DNA of 64,000 nucleotides from Spirochaetia bacterium (GCA_963677595.1 OY782041.1:1600001-1664000); one strand, 5' to 3'. Positions 1 through 10,762 are shown, counted from the stretch's first letter. A program made the numbers and translations. Notes: generated by a model not told the origin, from the sequence alone.

Positions 1-891
1 TCACAGTACCGGAGCCAGGGCCGCGGCGGCAAGGGTTCCAAGGCTGCGAAGCTCAGGGATGAGGATTTCATAGAGCACCTGTTCATCACCTCGACGCATG
101 ACCATATCATGTTCGTGACATCAGAAGGGAAAGCGTACTGGATCAAGACCTTCGAGATCCCCGAAGGGACCAGGACATCGAAGGGATCCCACATCAAGGC
201 GATCCTTGCGATCTCCCCGGATGAAGAGGTCACGGCCATCGTCTCGTTCAAGGAATTCGAGGAAGGCACCTATGTGTTCATGGGGACGAGAAGAGGTATC
301 GTCAAGAAGGTAGAGCTCCCGCTCTTCAAGAATGCGAAGACCCGGGGCATCACGGCCATCAACCTGGATGAGGGTGACACCCTTGTCAGCGCACTGCTCA
401 CGAACGGGTCCAACGAGGTCATGCTCATCTCGCGTAGGGGCCTCGGCCTCCGGTTCGACGAGAACATGGTTCGGGCCATGGGACGGGCAACCCGCGGGGT
501 CGCAGGCATCAAGCTGCTTCCAAGGGATGAGGTTGCCAGCATCCTCTTAGTCAATACGGATGAGCAGATCATGATCCTGACCCAGAACGGGTACGGCAAG
601 CGCGTCGATTTCGACAGCTTCTCGCCGCACGCCCGTGCTACCAAGGGGCAGATCTGCTATCGGCTCTTCGACAAGACCGGCGAGATCGCAGGGGCTTTGA
701 GTGTGACTGACGACCATGACTTCATGTGCGTCACACTCATGGGACAGTCCATCCGGATCGACTCCTCGACGATCCCCATCCAGGGAAGGAATACCGGCGG
801 GGTGATCATCGCGAACATCAACAAACCGGATCGTGTGGTCTCGGTAGCGAGGGCCGAACAGGAAGAGGATAGTGAGGAATATACTGAGTAG
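1..891 (+). CDS. gyrA: DNA gyrase subunit A, C-terminal beta-pinwheel (5' part outside window)
   Basis: Frame open from base 1: SQYRSQGRGGKGS (GyrA-box), repeated GRxxxGV blades, acidic tail. Confidence 0.95.
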   Translation, partial: SQYRSQGRGGKGSKAAKLRDEDFIEHLFITSTHDHIMFVTSEGKAYWIKTFEIPEGTRTSKGSHIKAILAISPDEEVTAIVSFKEFEEGTYVFMGTRRGIVKKVELPLFKNAKTRGITAINLDEGDTLVSALLTNGSNEVMLISRRGLGLRFDENMVRAMGRATRGVAGIKLLPRDEVASILLVNTDEQIMILTQNGYGKRVDFDSFSPHARATKGQICYRLFDKTGEIAGALSVTDDHDFMCVTLMGQSIRIDSSTIPIQGRNTGGVIIANINKPDRVVSVARAEQEEDSEEYTE

Positions 892-907
892 TGTTTCACG
901 TGAAACA
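892..907. promoter_or_regulatory. parS centromere site
   Basis: Perfect palindrome TGTTTCACGTGAAACA, ~400 bp from parAB. Confidence 0.95.
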
Positions 908-925
908 CAGCTGGTGTGAATGAAT

Positions 926-966
926 AAAAAAGAGGCTGTTCGCTAATATGCGGACAGCCTCTTTGT
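926..966. terminator. Bidirectional intrinsic terminator between gyrA and nifU-like gene
   Basis: AAAAAGAGGCTGTTCGC-loop-GCGGACAGCCTCTTT hairpin flanked by A and T runs, between convergent genes. Confidence 0.8.
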
Positions 967-979
967 TTCACGTGAAACA
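964..979. promoter_or_regulatory. parS centromere site
   Basis: Second perfect TGTTTCACGTGAAACA. Confidence 0.95.
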
Positions 980-984
980 GGTAT

Positions 985-1206
985 CTAGTTCTCTGACACA
1001 ACCAGGAGAGTAGGTGATACTGTTTCCCTAAGATATCGTTCGACACCCTGCTTCAGGGTCATCTGTGACATCGGACATCCTGCACAGGAACCGACGAGCC
1101 TTACGTTGACCGTGTCGCCAACGAGACTGATGAATTCGATGTCGCCGCCGTCGTTCTGAAGTGACGGTCTGATATCATTAATCGCTTTCTTGACTTGTTC
1201 TTCCAT
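985..1206 (-). CDS. NifU/Nfu-type Fe-S scaffold domain protein
   Basis: IRPSLQNDGGDIE...GSCAGCPMSQMTLKQGVE; AAGGAG SD before ATG at 1206. Confidence 0.9.
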   Translation of the reverse strand: MEEQVKKAINDIRPSLQNDGGDIEFISLVGDTVNVRLVGSCAGCPMSQMTLKQGVERYLRETVSPTLLVVSEN

Positions 1207-1303
1207 GACGATACTCCTTGTTACTGAAAAATACATGAAGAATAGGCAATCGTCAAGATGATTTTTGCTGACATCAAAACTAATTTCTATTATACTTCAG
1301 CCT

Positions 1304-2062
1304 ATGGTAGCTAAGAAGATCGTTTTTGCAAACCAGAAAGGTGGCGTCGGCAAGACGACATCTGCGGTGAATATCGGCGCATATCTCGCAGAAGCAGGAA
1401 AGAAAGTCCTTCTGGTAGATTTTGACCCACAGGGTAATCTCTCAAGTTCTGTCAGTGCAGACCACTCATTACCGGGTATATACGAAGTGATAAGCGAAAA
1501 GATATCACTGTTCGAGGCTGTACAGAAGACTCCGGTGGATAACCTGTATATCGTCAGCTCTGATATCAACCTCACGGGAGCAAGCATCGAGCTGGCTAAG
1601 ATGGAACGGAACCAGTATGTGCTCAAGGATCACCTTGACAGCTCGGGCCATGAGTGGGACTTTATCCTCATCGACTGCCCGCCGTCCCTGGGGCTGCTGA
1701 CCCTGAACGGGCTGGTCGCCGCCGATTATGTGCTCGTCCCCCTGCAGTGTGAGTACTTCGCCCTGGAAGGACTGTCCATGCTGCTCAAGACCATCCATAC
1801 CATACAGAAGAGCCTGAACAAGGATCTCGCGCTCCTTGGTGTCGCATTCACCATGTATGATTCGAGGACACGACTTTCCCATGAGGTGGTGAAGGATGTG
1901 AAGGGCTATTTCAAGGACAAGACCTTCAACACGAAGATCCCGAGGAATATCAGGCTGTCTGAAGCCCCGTCACACGGGGAGCCGATCAATCTGTACGATC
2001 CGAAGTGCGCTGGGGCGATCGGCTACAAAAAACTGGCAAAAGAGGTGATAGAACGTGTCTAA
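1304..2062 (+). CDS. parA: Chromosome partitioning ATPase ParA/Soj
   Basis: NQKGGVGKTT deviant Walker A, DxDPQGN, DCPPSLG; ATG at 1304 preferred. Confidence 0.95.
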   Translation: MVAKKIVFANQKGGVGKTTSAVNIGAYLAEAGKKVLLVDFDPQGNLSSSVSADHSLPGIYEVISEKISLFEAVQKTPVDNLYIVSSDINLTGASIELAKMERNQYVLKDHLDSSGHEWDFILIDCPPSLGLLTLNGLVAADYVLVPLQCEYFALEGLSMLLKTIHTIQKSLNKDLALLGVAFTMYDSRTRLSHEVVKDVKGYFKDKTFNTKIPRNIRLSEAPSHGEPINLYDPKCAGAIGYKKLAKEVIERV

Positions 2063-2954
2063 GCATGGATTAGGGAAAGGGATCAACTCACTGATCGGGG
2101 ATTATACCTTTGATGATATCGTTGAGAAAAGTACGGTCAAGCCGACCGGGGAACTTGTGGAACTCGTTCCCCTGTCAGCAATAAAGACGAATGAAGCACA
2201 ACCGAGGAAGAACTTCGACCCCGAGACGATGAACGAGCTTGCCGCCTCCATCAAGGAACAGGGCGTCATCCAGCCGATCATCGTCGAGCGGCATGGTGAT
2301 GAGTATGCCATCGTTGCCGGGGAGCGGCGCTACCGGGCGTCACGGATCGCGGGATTGGATGAGATCCCGGTCATCATCAAGTCCTTCACGGAGGGACAGA
2401 AACTCGAGGTCGCCCTGATCGAGAACATCCAGCGGGAGAACCTGAACGCCATCGAGGAGGCGAAGGCCTACCGGTACCTGATGGACAGGTCGAAACTCAG
2501 CCAGGAAGAACTCGCCCTCAGGCTGGGGAAGAAGCGTTCCACCATCGCGAACAGCGTGCGGCTGCTCAAGCTGCCGAAGCAGGTGCAGAATGCCCTGATC
2601 AGCAAGGCGATCACGGCAGGCCATGCTCGGGCCATCATGGCAGTAAACAACCCGTCGGAGCAGACGATCCTCCTCAACAGGATCATCACCGACCACCTGT
2701 CGGTCAGGCAGGCAGAGGAGATATCGCAGGAACTGAACAACGGGTCCCGGGCACGGAAGAAGAAGCAGAAGAAGGTCGTGCAGCGCCCGATGGAGATCAG
2801 GTCGGTCGAGGAGAAGTTCCTCGAGGCCTGCGGTTCGAAAGTAAAGATTAAAGGTACTTTGAAAAAAGGCTCTTTAGAGATATCATATTACTCCCAGGAG
2901 GACCTGGAGAGGATATATGCACTGATTTCAAGGAAATCAGACCTGTATACATAG
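2055..2954 (+). CDS. parB: ParB/Spo0J partition protein
   Basis: GLGKG N-terminus, [24 protein letters not shown]. Confidence 0.95.
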   Translation: MSKHGLGKGINSLIGDYTFDDIVEKSTVKPTGELVELVPLSAIKTNEAQPRKNFDPETMNELAASIKEQGVIQPIIVERHGDEYAIVAGERRYRASRIAGLDEIPVIIKSFTEGQKLEVALIENIQRENLNAIEEAKAYRYLMDRSKLSQEELALRLGKKRSTIANSVRLLKLPKQVQNALISKAITAGHARAIMAVNNPSEQTILLNRIITDHLSVRQAEEISQELNNGSRARKKKQKKVVQRPMEIRSVEEKFLEACGSKVKIKGTLKKGSLEISYYSQEDLERIYALISRKSDLYT

Positions 2955-2965
2955 AAGGAAGGAAT

Positions 2966-3913
2966 ATGGAAGACCAATTAGCGAACGGCATCTATGCAAA
3001 GATCACGACAGAGAAAGGGGATATACTCATCTCCCTCACATACAAGAAGACCCCGATGACGGTATCGAACTTCATCGGGCTCGCAGAAGGCTCACTGAAT
3101 CATGAGAGCCCCGATGAACCATTCTATGACGGGCTGAACTTTCACCGGGTCATCGATGATTTCATGATCCAGGGCGGCTGCCCGAAAGGGACGGGGACCG
3201 GCGGGCCCGGCTACTCGTTCCCGGATGAGTTCGACGAGTCGTTAAAGCATACCGGCCCCGGTATTCTCTCCATGGCCAACAGCGGGCCCAACACGAACGG
3301 GAGCCAGTTCTTCATCACCCATGTGAAAACTCCCTGGCTCGATAACAAGCACACCGTGTTCGGCAAGGTCGTGGACGGGATGGATGTGGTGAACTCCATA
3401 GTCCAGGGTGACAGGATCGATACCGTGGAGATCGTGAGGGTAGGTGAGGAGGCAGAAGCCTTCCAGGTCGACAAGGATTCCTTCACCGAGCGGGTAGGTG
3501 CTGCCATGGAAGCTTCCCGGAAGAAGGTCCTCGATGCCCAGAAGTCGATCATACAGGAGATCGAGAACAGGTGGCCCGACGCAGTCGTCTCCCCCACGGG
3601 CCTCAGGTACGTGGTAACGAAGGAGGGGAGCGGTTCAGCTTCTCCGTCCATGGGGCAGACGGTAACGGTCCATTACACCGGGAGCCTGATGAACGGCCAG
3701 GTCTTCGACAGCTCCGTGAAACGGGGACAGCCTGCCCAGTTCGCAATCGGCCAGGTCATCGAGGGATGGAACGAAGCCCTCCAGCAGATGACGAAAGGCG
3801 AGAAGCGTACCCTCATCATTCCCCCGCAGCTCGGCTACGGGGAGCGGGGATACCCCGGCGTCATACCGCCGAGCAGCTTCCTCATCTTCGATGTTGAACT
3901 CATAGACTTCTGA
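2966..3913 (+). CDS. Dual peptidyl-prolyl isomerase (cyclophilin + FKBP fusion)
   Basis: [33 protein letters not shown], then VTVHYTG..FDSS..VIEGW..GYG. Confidence 0.92.
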   Translation: MEDQLANGIYAKITTEKGDILISLTYKKTPMTVSNFIGLAEGSLNHESPDEPFYDGLNFHRVIDDFMIQGGCPKGTGTGGPGYSFPDEFDESLKHTGPGILSMANSGPNTNGSQFFITHVKTPWLDNKHTVFGKVVDGMDVVNSIVQGDRIDTVEIVRVGEEAEAFQVDKDSFTERVGAAMEASRKKVLDAQKSIIQEIENRWPDAVVSPTGLRYVVTKEGSGSASPSMGQTVTVHYTGSLMNGQVFDSSVKRGQPAQFAIGQVIEGWNEALQQMTKGEKRTLIIPPQLGYGERGYPGVIPPSSFLIFDVELIDF

Positions 3914-3918
3914 CAGGC

Positions 3919-5283
3919 ATGGCTGCCAAGAAGGAGAGAACGGTCTTTACCTGCTCCTCATGCGGGCATGAGGAGGGTAAATGGCTGGGACGGTGTCCCT
4001 CCTGCGGGAGCTGGAACAGCTTCGAGGAACAGAAGGTCACCTCCGGCCGTAAGACTGCCAAGGCTGAGAAGAAGCACCCCAAAGCCGTCAGGCTTGCAGA
4101 GATCGATAGTACAAAAGAATATAGAATCACTACCGGTATTGATGAGCTAGACCGTGTTTTAGGCGGTGGGATCATGAAAGGGGGCACTGTTCTGCTTGGG
4201 GGAGAACCCGGGATAGGCAAGTCTACCCTCATGCTCCAGCTGCTGGCTTCCACCCATGTATCGAACAGTCTCTATATCTCAGGGGAGGAATCACCTGCCC
4301 AGATCAGGATGAGGGCGGATCGGCTCAGCCTCGACCCCGACAGGATCTCGCTGCTGCATGATGCGGAACTGGAGCATGTCGAGAGCGTCCTGGAGAAGCT
4401 CAAGCCGGAGCTGGTCGTCATCGACTCGATACAGACGCTGTTCAGTCCTGAGATCGGCCTCGTCCCAGGTACCGCCAACCAGATCAAGTACTGCTGCATG
4501 GACCTCATCGGCTGGGCCAAGCAGCATGATGCCTCGCTCTTCTTCATCGGGCATGTCACCAAGGACGGCATGCTTGCCGGGCCGAAGGTCATCGAGCACA
4601 TGGTTGATACCGTCCTCAACTTCGAGCAGGCTGCATCCGGAACCCGGATCATCAGGGCGACCAAGAACCGGTTCGGCTCGGTCGATGAGCTCGGGATCTT
4701 CACGATGAACGCCGGGGGCCTCCATCCCGTGGCGGATCCCGCCTCGTTCTTCATAGACCAGCGTCGTGAGCAGATCCCTCCCGGCAGCGTCATCGCTGCG
4801 GTGTTCGAGGGGTCGAGGACCTTCATGGTAGAGATACAGGCTCTCACGATACCGGCGAAGAGCGGGTACAGCAGGGTCTACTCTGACAGGATCGACTCTT
4901 CACGGGTATCGAGGATCTCGGCGGTACTCGAGAAACACTTCGGGCTCGCCCTCTCTGCCCATGATATCTACGTCAATGTTGCCGGGGGGATGCGGCTCGG
5001 GGAGGTCGGGATCGAACTGCCGCTGGCCATGGCAGTCTATACCTCCATAACGGGGAAGACCTTGAGGAATAATGTGGTACTCGTAGGGGAGCTCAGCCTA
5101 GCTGGTGATCTCCGCCCGGTCCACCACCTCGACCAGCGGGTCAAGACAGCGAGGGAGATGGGGTTCACCATCATGGTCGGTCCCGAGACGGGGAGCAGCC
5201 GTAAGGTGCTCACCGACAAGAAGGGACTGACCTATGTTTCATGTGAAACAATTGAGGATGCCGTTACCGCGCTAGCCAAGTAG
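3919..5283 (+). CDS. radA: DNA repair protein RadA/Sms
   Basis: C4 zinc finger, GGEPGIGKSTL, KNRFG motif, Lon-like C-terminus. Confidence 0.95.
   Translation: MAAKKERTVFTCSSCGHEEGKWLGRCPSCGSWNSFEEQKVTSGRKTAKAEKKHPKAVRLAEIDSTKEYRITTGIDELDRVLGGGIMKGGTVLLGGEPGIGKSTLMLQLLASTHVSNSLYISGEESPAQIRMRADRLSLDPDRISLLHDAELEHVESVLEKLKPELVVIDSIQTLFSPEIGLVPGTANQIKYCCMDLIGWAKQHDASLFFIGHVTKDGMLAGPKVIEHMVDTVLNFEQAASGTRIIRATKNRFGSVDELGIFTMNAGGLHPVADPASFFIDQRREQIPPGSVIAAVFEGSRTFMVEIQALTIPAKSGYSRVYSDRIDSSRVSRISAVLEKHFGLALSAHDIYVNVAGGMRLGEVGIELPLAMAVYTSITGKTLRNNVVLVGELSLAGDLRPVHHLDQRVKTAREMGFTIMVGPETGSSRKVLTDKKGLTYVSCETIEDAVTALAK
5235..5250. promoter_or_regulatory. parS site (1 mismatch) inside radA
   Basis: TGTTTCATGTGAAACA. 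Confidence 0.75.
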
Positions 5284-6459
5284 CGAGATGAGGAAGGGGA
5301 AGGCTATGAAGGTCCCGATCGAGCTCCCGATACTCGTCAGGAAGAAGACGATCAATGCATGGGTGACCCTGTTGCGGTAGAAACCGCGAATCGAGAGAAT
5401 ATCATTGTTTATGTTCTGGAAGTCCTTCACACGGGGCTTTCTTACCATTGACTCCACGATACCGACCACTATTCCGACGCCGATCGTCGGGTTGAGGGAG
5501 GTGAAGGGGGCAAGCAGGAACGAGAGCAGGATCGTCAGCGGGTGGGCGAGTGCGATGATCGCCCCGATGCAGGAGAGCACGCCGTTCACCATGAACCAGT
5601 AGATGAACATCTTGAGTCCCTGGTTCCAGCCAGCGTTGATGAACCCCACGGCCAGGAGCGACACGACGAGTGCCGGGATGACCCAGGGGATGACCTTGCT
5701 TGCCTTCGAGGGCTTCGGGATGCTCTCGAGCTCTGACAGGTCGGTACTCATCTCCTGTGCGGAGAGCTTCTCGATCGTGCCGGCGAGCCCCTTCGCATGG
5801 CCGGCGCCGATCACGGCCACGACCTTCTTCCCCTTTGCCTGGTAGATGTTGGTGGCGAGGTACCGGTCGCGTTCATCGATGAGGACCTCTTTTGCCGTGG
5901 GGAGTTCCTTGGCCAGTTCCTCCATCATGCCGCTCAGTGCACTTCGCTCCTTGAGTGCCTCGATCTCCTCTTCAGAGAGCTTCTCGTTCGAGAAGGCAGC
6001 AGATACCAGCACGCCAAGCATCTTCATCTTGTTCCAGAAGGAGGAACGCTTCCACGCCCTCCTCAGGGTGATCTGTATATCACGGTCGCAGAGCGAGAAG
6101 GGGATACCTGCCTTCTTCGCGGCGTTCGCCGCGATATGCATCTCCTCGCCGGGCGTGACACCGGTCTGTTCCCCCATCTTCTTCTGGAAGGAGGAGAGGG
6201 CCAGGTTGGCCAGCAGGAAGAATCCCTTCCCCTGTTTGATGATGCTCTGGATGTTCACGTCCTCCCAGGACTGTCCTTCCATCATGTTCTTGTACCGTCC
6301 GGGGTCCAATTCCAGGCAAACGCGGTCGGGTTGTTCCTGTTCGATGAACTCCTCGACCTCCTTGACGCTGTCTGAAGAGACATGGGCGGTTCCGATAAGG
6401 TAGATCTCACGATCCTCGATGGTAATCCTGGTCAATGTGTCACTGATCTGTTCAATCAT
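5272..6459 (-). CDS. TraB/PrgY (pheromone shutdown/TIKI) family protein with C-terminal TM helices
   Basis: LIGTAHVS, PGEEM, LIDERD, VIGAGH motifs. Confidence 0.88.
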   Translation of the reverse strand: MIEQISDTLTRITIEDREIYLIGTAHVSSDSVKEVEEFIEQEQPDRVCLELDPGRYKNMMEGQSWEDVNIQSIIKQGKGFFLLANLALSSFQKKMGEQTGVTPGEEMHIAANAAKKAGIPFSLCDRDIQITLRRAWKRSSFWNKMKMLGVLVSAAFSNEKLSEEEIEALKERSALSGMMEELAKELPTAKEVLIDERDRYLATNIYQAKGKKVVAVIGAGHAKGLAGTIEKLSAQEMSTDLSELESIPKPSKASKVIPWVIPALVVSLLAVGFINAGWNQGLKMFIYWFMVNGVLSCIGAIIALAHPLTILLSFLLAPFTSLNPTIGVGIVVGIVESMVRKPRVKDFQNINNDILSIRGFYRNRVTHALIVFFLTSIGSSIGTFIAFPFLISLLG

Positions 6460-6559
6460 TAAGGGGCTCCTTGGTCATTACCCTAAAATATACTCATGAA
6501 CGCGAAAAGGAACAAGAGTCTGTTGCGAAAGAGTCCTCAATCATATAGATTACTTTTAT

Positions 6560-7510
6560 ATGGGAACGATATGGTATTTGCTGACCCTCTTCGCGTTCCT
6601 GGCCGCAGGCATGGTAAGTGCCCGGCTGGTGATCCCGGCAAGATGGAGTCCGGCTGTAGACAGACTGCTGACACTCTCGTTATATCTCCTGCTTTTCTTC
6701 ATGGGAGTGAGGACTGGCCTCATCGATGACATCGAGCAAAAACTGTCCATGATCGGCGGTTTAGCCCTGCTTTTTGCCGCTCTGACCGCTTTAGGGAGCG
6801 TGTTTATCGTCCTGCTCCTGAAGCGGCTGTTCCATCATGAACTGGAAGCGGGACAGGAAGGGACCCTGGAGGGAGATGGGGGAGGCAGGACTGCCGGCTC
6901 ATTCCTCTCCCATTTCAAAGACCCCCTGCAGCTCTTTCTCTGTGTAGCGGCTGGAGCCCTGCTGGCATACTTCACCCCGCTATTCTCCTGGTTCACCGAC
7001 TCGATCACGAATGTCATGCTGTATCTGCTGCTCTTCTTCGTTGGTGTGCAGATGGTGCAGAACAACACGGATGTCCTCGGTGTCCTGAAGGACCCGGTCT
7101 CCATCCTGCTGCCGGCGGCTACCGTTGTCGGCACGCTTGCCGGTTCGAGCCTGATCCCGCTCTTCACCGACCTGCGGATGTATGAGGCGCTGGCTATTGG
7201 TTCTGGCTTCGGCTGGTACTCGCTCTCCGGAGTCCTCATAACAGAGTTGGGTGACCCGGTACTCGGTTCGGTAGCCTTCCTGAGCAACCTGTTCAGGGAG
7301 AGCATCGCCTTCCTCATGATCCCGCTGCTCGCAAGCTATAACAAGCGGCATGCCGCTATCAGTATCGCAGGGGCAACGAGCATGGATGTCACGCTGCCGA
7401 TCATCGAGAAGTGTGACGGGACGGGGTATGTCCCCCTGTCGATAGCCCATGGGGTCGTCCTGACGCTGATCGTCCCCTTCCTCGTCCCATTCCTCTATGC
7501 CTTCGGCTGA
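6560..7510 (+). CDS. LysO (YbjE/DUF340) family exporter
   Basis: GSGFGWYSLSG, N..RE, GATSMDVTLP motifs; multiple TM segments. Confidence 0.88.
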   Translation: MGTIWYLLTLFAFLAAGMVSARLVIPARWSPAVDRLLTLSLYLLLFFMGVRTGLIDDIEQKLSMIGGLALLFAALTALGSVFIVLLLKRLFHHELEAGQEGTLEGDGGGRTAGSFLSHFKDPLQLFLCVAAGALLAYFTPLFSWFTDSITNVMLYLLLFFVGVQMVQNNTDVLGVLKDPVSILLPAATVVGTLAGSSLIPLFTDLRMYEALAIGSGFGWYSLSGVLITELGDPVLGSVAFLSNLFRESIAFLMIPLLASYNKRHAAISIAGATSMDVTLPIIEKCDGTGYVPLSIAHGVVLTLIVPFLVPFLYAFG

Positions 7511-7516
7511 GAAGTC

Positions 7517-7969
7517 CTACGTATCAAGGATCGGGATGAGTACCTGGTAGACATAGAACCCGGCTTCCCGCACTCCCCGCAAGATGACCGTATCTGAGGC
7601 CGGCGTCATGCCCCGGGCCTTCATTGCCTGGAGGCTGAACTGGAGAGCTGCGGTGATGCCTTCAGCAGAACTGTCGGAAAACTGGTAGAACAGGTATGCA
7701 CCCTCGCTGATGCTCCTGCTGTGGAAGGCTTCAGGGATCACGGTCTCACCAAGCGGTCCCGCCCCGATGGCGATGGAGGATCCTGATCCCGAGAACAGCT
7801 GGTCCCTGGTGGTGAAGACTGCTATCTCTTCGTCCACGAGTGTGATACCATGAGCTTCTGCAGAGGCACGCAACTGTTTCAATCCGCCATGTGGGTCGAA
7901 CAGGCTGTCCCTTACGGGGATGCAGAGGAAGTCCGTGGTCTGGTACATATGTAATTTCATCACGTTCAT
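7517..7969 (-). CDS. Hypothetical protein (possibly GyrI-like effector-binding fold); start uncertain
   Basis: Only long ORF in the gap; EGAYL...QVLIPI resembles GyrI-like C-terminus. Confidence 0.5.
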   Translation of the reverse strand: MNVMKLHMYQTTDFLCIPVRDSLFDPHGGLKQLRASAEAHGITLVDEEIAVFTTRDQLFSGSGSSIAIGAGPLGETVIPEAFHSRSISEGAYLFYQFSDSSAEGITAALQFSLQAMKARGMTPASDTVILRGVREAGFYVYQVLIPILDT

Positions 7970-8708
7970 GCAGAGGATAGTAGTGAATTCAGAAGGAAAA
8001 GTACAGTATACGATACATAAAAGCAGGAAAAGAAGCTCTGTTGCCATCAAGGTCACTGCTGCGGGGACCGTCGAGGTTTATGCGCCCTCCTGGTGCCGGG
8101 AGTCCGAGATCGAGGAGATCCTGCGGAAGAAATCAGCCTGGATCGAGGAGAAGGTCGGGAAGTACCTGGCCTACGCCCCGAACGTCGAGCATGCCTATAT
8201 ATCGGGCGAGGTCTTCTATCATCTTGGGAGGCCGGTCACGCTCACCCTGGAACGGGGCGAGCGGGCAGGGGCTGCCCTCGAGGATGGGAGGCTGCTTGTC
8301 TGGCTGCCTTCACGGGTGGTAGATAGAGGAGAGGCCTCCCGGTACTGCAGGTCCCGGGTGATCGAATGGTACCGTAGGGAGGCCCTGCAGTACCTGAGTC
8401 GCAGGACCGCCTACTGGGAGACGATCCACCCGGAACTGAAAGGCCGTAACCACGGTGCCGAGATCACCGTCCGGAAGATGAGGAGACGGTGGGGGAGCTG
8501 CGACCGGCAGGGGAATATTCGGTACAACCTCCAGCTGGTATGTGCCCCGGAGAAGTTCATCGACTGCATCATCGTCCATGAACTGTGCCACCGGCTGGAA
8601 TTCGGCCATGGAAAGGCATTCATGCGACTGGTGTGCTCCTATATCCCGGACTACCGTGAGTATATGGAAGAAGCGATAAAACAGGCGGGGTTATGGAGTA
8701 TTTCATGA
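7968..8708 (+). CDS. YgjP/DUF45 (SprT-like) zinc metalloprotein; start uncertain
   Basis: MRRRWGSC, IIVHELCH, HGKAF motifs. Confidence 0.88.
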   Translation: MQRIVVNSEGKVQYTIHKSRKRSSVAIKVTAAGTVEVYAPSWCRESEIEEILRKKSAWIEEKVGKYLAYAPNVEHAYISGEVFYHLGRPVTLTLERGERAGAALEDGRLLVWLPSRVVDRGEASRYCRSRVIEWYRREALQYLSRRTAYWETIHPELKGRNHGAEITVRKMRRRWGSCDRQGNIRYNLQLVCAPEKFIDCIIVHELCHRLEFGHGKAFMRLVCSYIPDYREYMEEAIKQAGLWSIS

Positions 8709-8816
8709 TTCCTGAGTATTATACTAACCAGGTGCATTGACGTTATCCGGTTCTCTATGTAATGGTATACGAAACAATAGATAATGTTGAACAGCACGTG
8801 AAGAGGGAGAAGATCT

Positions 8817-10031
8817 ATGAAAGCAGTAGAGATAGCAAAGGATGTGTACGGCCTGGTCGCGAACATCGGGAACCGGGACCTGTTCGAGGGGATCTGGCCG
8901 ATCCCCCACGGCGTATCATTGAACTCATATATCGTGAAAGGTGAGAAGGTCGCGCTCATCGACCTGGTCAAGGACTGGGAACATGCGGTGGACGCGATCT
9001 CCGAACAGATGGGGGAGATCGGCCTCTCGCTCGAAACGATCGATTACCTGGTCATCAACCACATGGAACCCGACCATACCGGATGGCTGGCTGAGATGAA
9101 GCAGCGGAACCCTAACCTGCAGATCCTCTGCAGCAAGAAGGCGGTCCCGCTCATCTCGGCGTTCTACGGGATCGATGAGGGGGTACGGGCAGTCGGCAGC
9201 GGTGATGAATTGGACCTCGGCGGGAAGAAGCTCGTCTTTGAGGACACGCCGAACATCCACTGGCCGGAGACGATGATGACCTACGAGCCGGAATCGGGCG
9301 TACTCTTCTCATGTGATGCATTCGGGTCCTTTGGGAGCCTCGGAGAGCATGTTTTTGATGATGAGCTCACCGAAGAGGAGAGGAAATTCTATGCTTCAGA
9401 GGCTGAACGCTACTATGCGAACATCGTCTCGACCTTCTCCGCCTTCGTGGAGCGGGGGATCAAGAAACTCGAGGGACTCACAGTGAATGTCATCGCCCCG
9501 AGCCATGGGGTGATCTGGCGCGACAAGCCGGAGGAGATCATCGAGCATTACCTGAAGCTCGCCTCATACAAGAACGGGCCTGCAGAGCAGGAGGTGACCG
9601 TGATCTGGAGCAGCATGTACGGGAACACCGAGGCTCTGCTTGCATCGGTCCTTGACGGCCTGGCATCGGAAGGCGTCACCGCCCATGTACACCGTGTTCC
9701 CCAGGAGCATGTATCCTTCGTCCTGGCCTCTGCCTGGAGGTCATCAGGGATCATCATCGGTACCCCGACATACGAGTACAAGATGTTCCCGCCGATGTAT
9801 GCGGTGCTCGACATCCTCGACCGCAGCCATGTCCTGAACAGGAAGGCCTTCCGGTTCGGTTCCTACGGCTGGTCCGGTGGAGCACAGAAGCAGTTCGACG
9901 AGTTCAACAAGTCACTCAAGTGGGACTGCTCGGAGATGGTGGAGTACCAGGGCGCACCGACTGATGACGACAGGAAGCGCGCATATGACTCAGCTGCCGA
10001 GCTGGCACGAAAGGTCAAGGCCTGGGTCTAG
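8817..10031 (+). CDS. fprA: Flavodiiron protein (FprA family, O2/NO reductase)
   Basis: NHMEPDH, HWPE, SCDAFG, PSHG, flavodoxin SMYGNT, GSYGWSG. Confidence 0.92.
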   Translation: MKAVEIAKDVYGLVANIGNRDLFEGIWPIPHGVSLNSYIVKGEKVALIDLVKDWEHAVDAISEQMGEIGLSLETIDYLVINHMEPDHTGWLAEMKQRNPNLQILCSKKAVPLISAFYGIDEGVRAVGSGDELDLGGKKLVFEDTPNIHWPETMMTYEPESGVLFSCDAFGSFGSLGEHVFDDELTEEERKFYASEAERYYANIVSTFSAFVERGIKKLEGLTVNVIAPSHGVIWRDKPEEIIEHYLKLASYKNGPAEQEVTVIWSSMYGNTEALLASVLDGLASEGVTAHVHRVPQEHVSFVLASAWRSSGIIIGTPTYEYKMFPPMYAVLDILDRSHVLNRKAFRFGSYGWSGGAQKQFDEFNKSLKWDCSEMVEYQGAPTDDDRKRAYDSAAELARKVKAWV

Positions 10032-10758
10032 CGGCAGCAGACAGGAACGACTCGAACAGGGGGCGCATGGAATTTCCATGCGCCATCATCATCTCCGGGT
10101 GCCACTGTACCCCGACGGCGAACTGCTTCGGGTCGCTATGCTCGATCGCTTCAACGATCCCGTCAGGTGCCAGTCCCGTGACCCGGAATGTGTCCGGGCA
10201 GTCATGCAGGCACATATGGTGGAAACTGTTCGTCTCGATACCCTCACCGAACAACCTGGCCAGGAGGCTCCTATCGGTGAAGGAGACCGTGTGGGTCGTA
10301 TCCCAGCGCGGGGCATCCTGCATATGTTTCAGTGGGTAGCCGACCGCGATCGAGGTATCCTGGTAGAGGGTCCCGCCCCCGGCAACGGTAAGCAGCTGGA
10401 AACCCCGGCAGATCCCGAGGATCGGGACGTGCTGGTCCAGTGCCTCTTTGAGCAGGGACAGCTGTGCGCTGTCCACTTCGCCGTGGGTGTGCTGCAGCAG
10501 GGGGTGTGTATCCTCTCCGAAGAACTTCGGATGGATATCATAGCCTCCAGAGAGCAGTAAGCCATTGATCCTGCCGATGAGCGGTGTCAGCAGGGTTGGA
10601 TCAGCCGTAACCGGCAGGATGATCGGGAAGCCCCCGCAGTCCTCCACCGACTGGACGTAGTCATGGTTCACATAATCCCGTTCCATCCCCCAGAAGGGCT
10701 TGTCGGTAACGGCCAGCCGGTTGCCCAGGATGCCGATGACCGGTCTCTTCATCTCCAT
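10015..10758 (-). CDS. Peptidase C26 / PuuD-like gamma-glutamyl amide hydrolase
   Basis: LGICRGFQ, NSFHH, GVQWHPE (class I GATase triad). Confidence 0.9.
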   Translation of the reverse strand: MEMKRPVIGILGNRLAVTDKPFWGMERDYVNHDYVQSVEDCGGFPIILPVTADPTLLTPLIGRINGLLLSGGYDIHPKFFGEDTHPLLQHTHGEVDSAQLSLLKEALDQHVPILGICRGFQLLTVAGGGTLYQDTSIAVGYPLKHMQDAPRWDTTHTVSFTDRSLLARLFGEGIETNSFHHMCLHDCPDTFRVTGLAPDGIVEAIEHSDPKQFAVGVQWHPEMMMAHGNSMRPLFESFLSAAARPRP

Positions 10759-10762
10759 CTCT

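Noticed and set aside
892-1303. oriC in the gyrA-parA gap
   Set aside because: No TTATCCACA DnaA-box cluster seen; the gap holds parS sites, a terminator and a nifU-like gene
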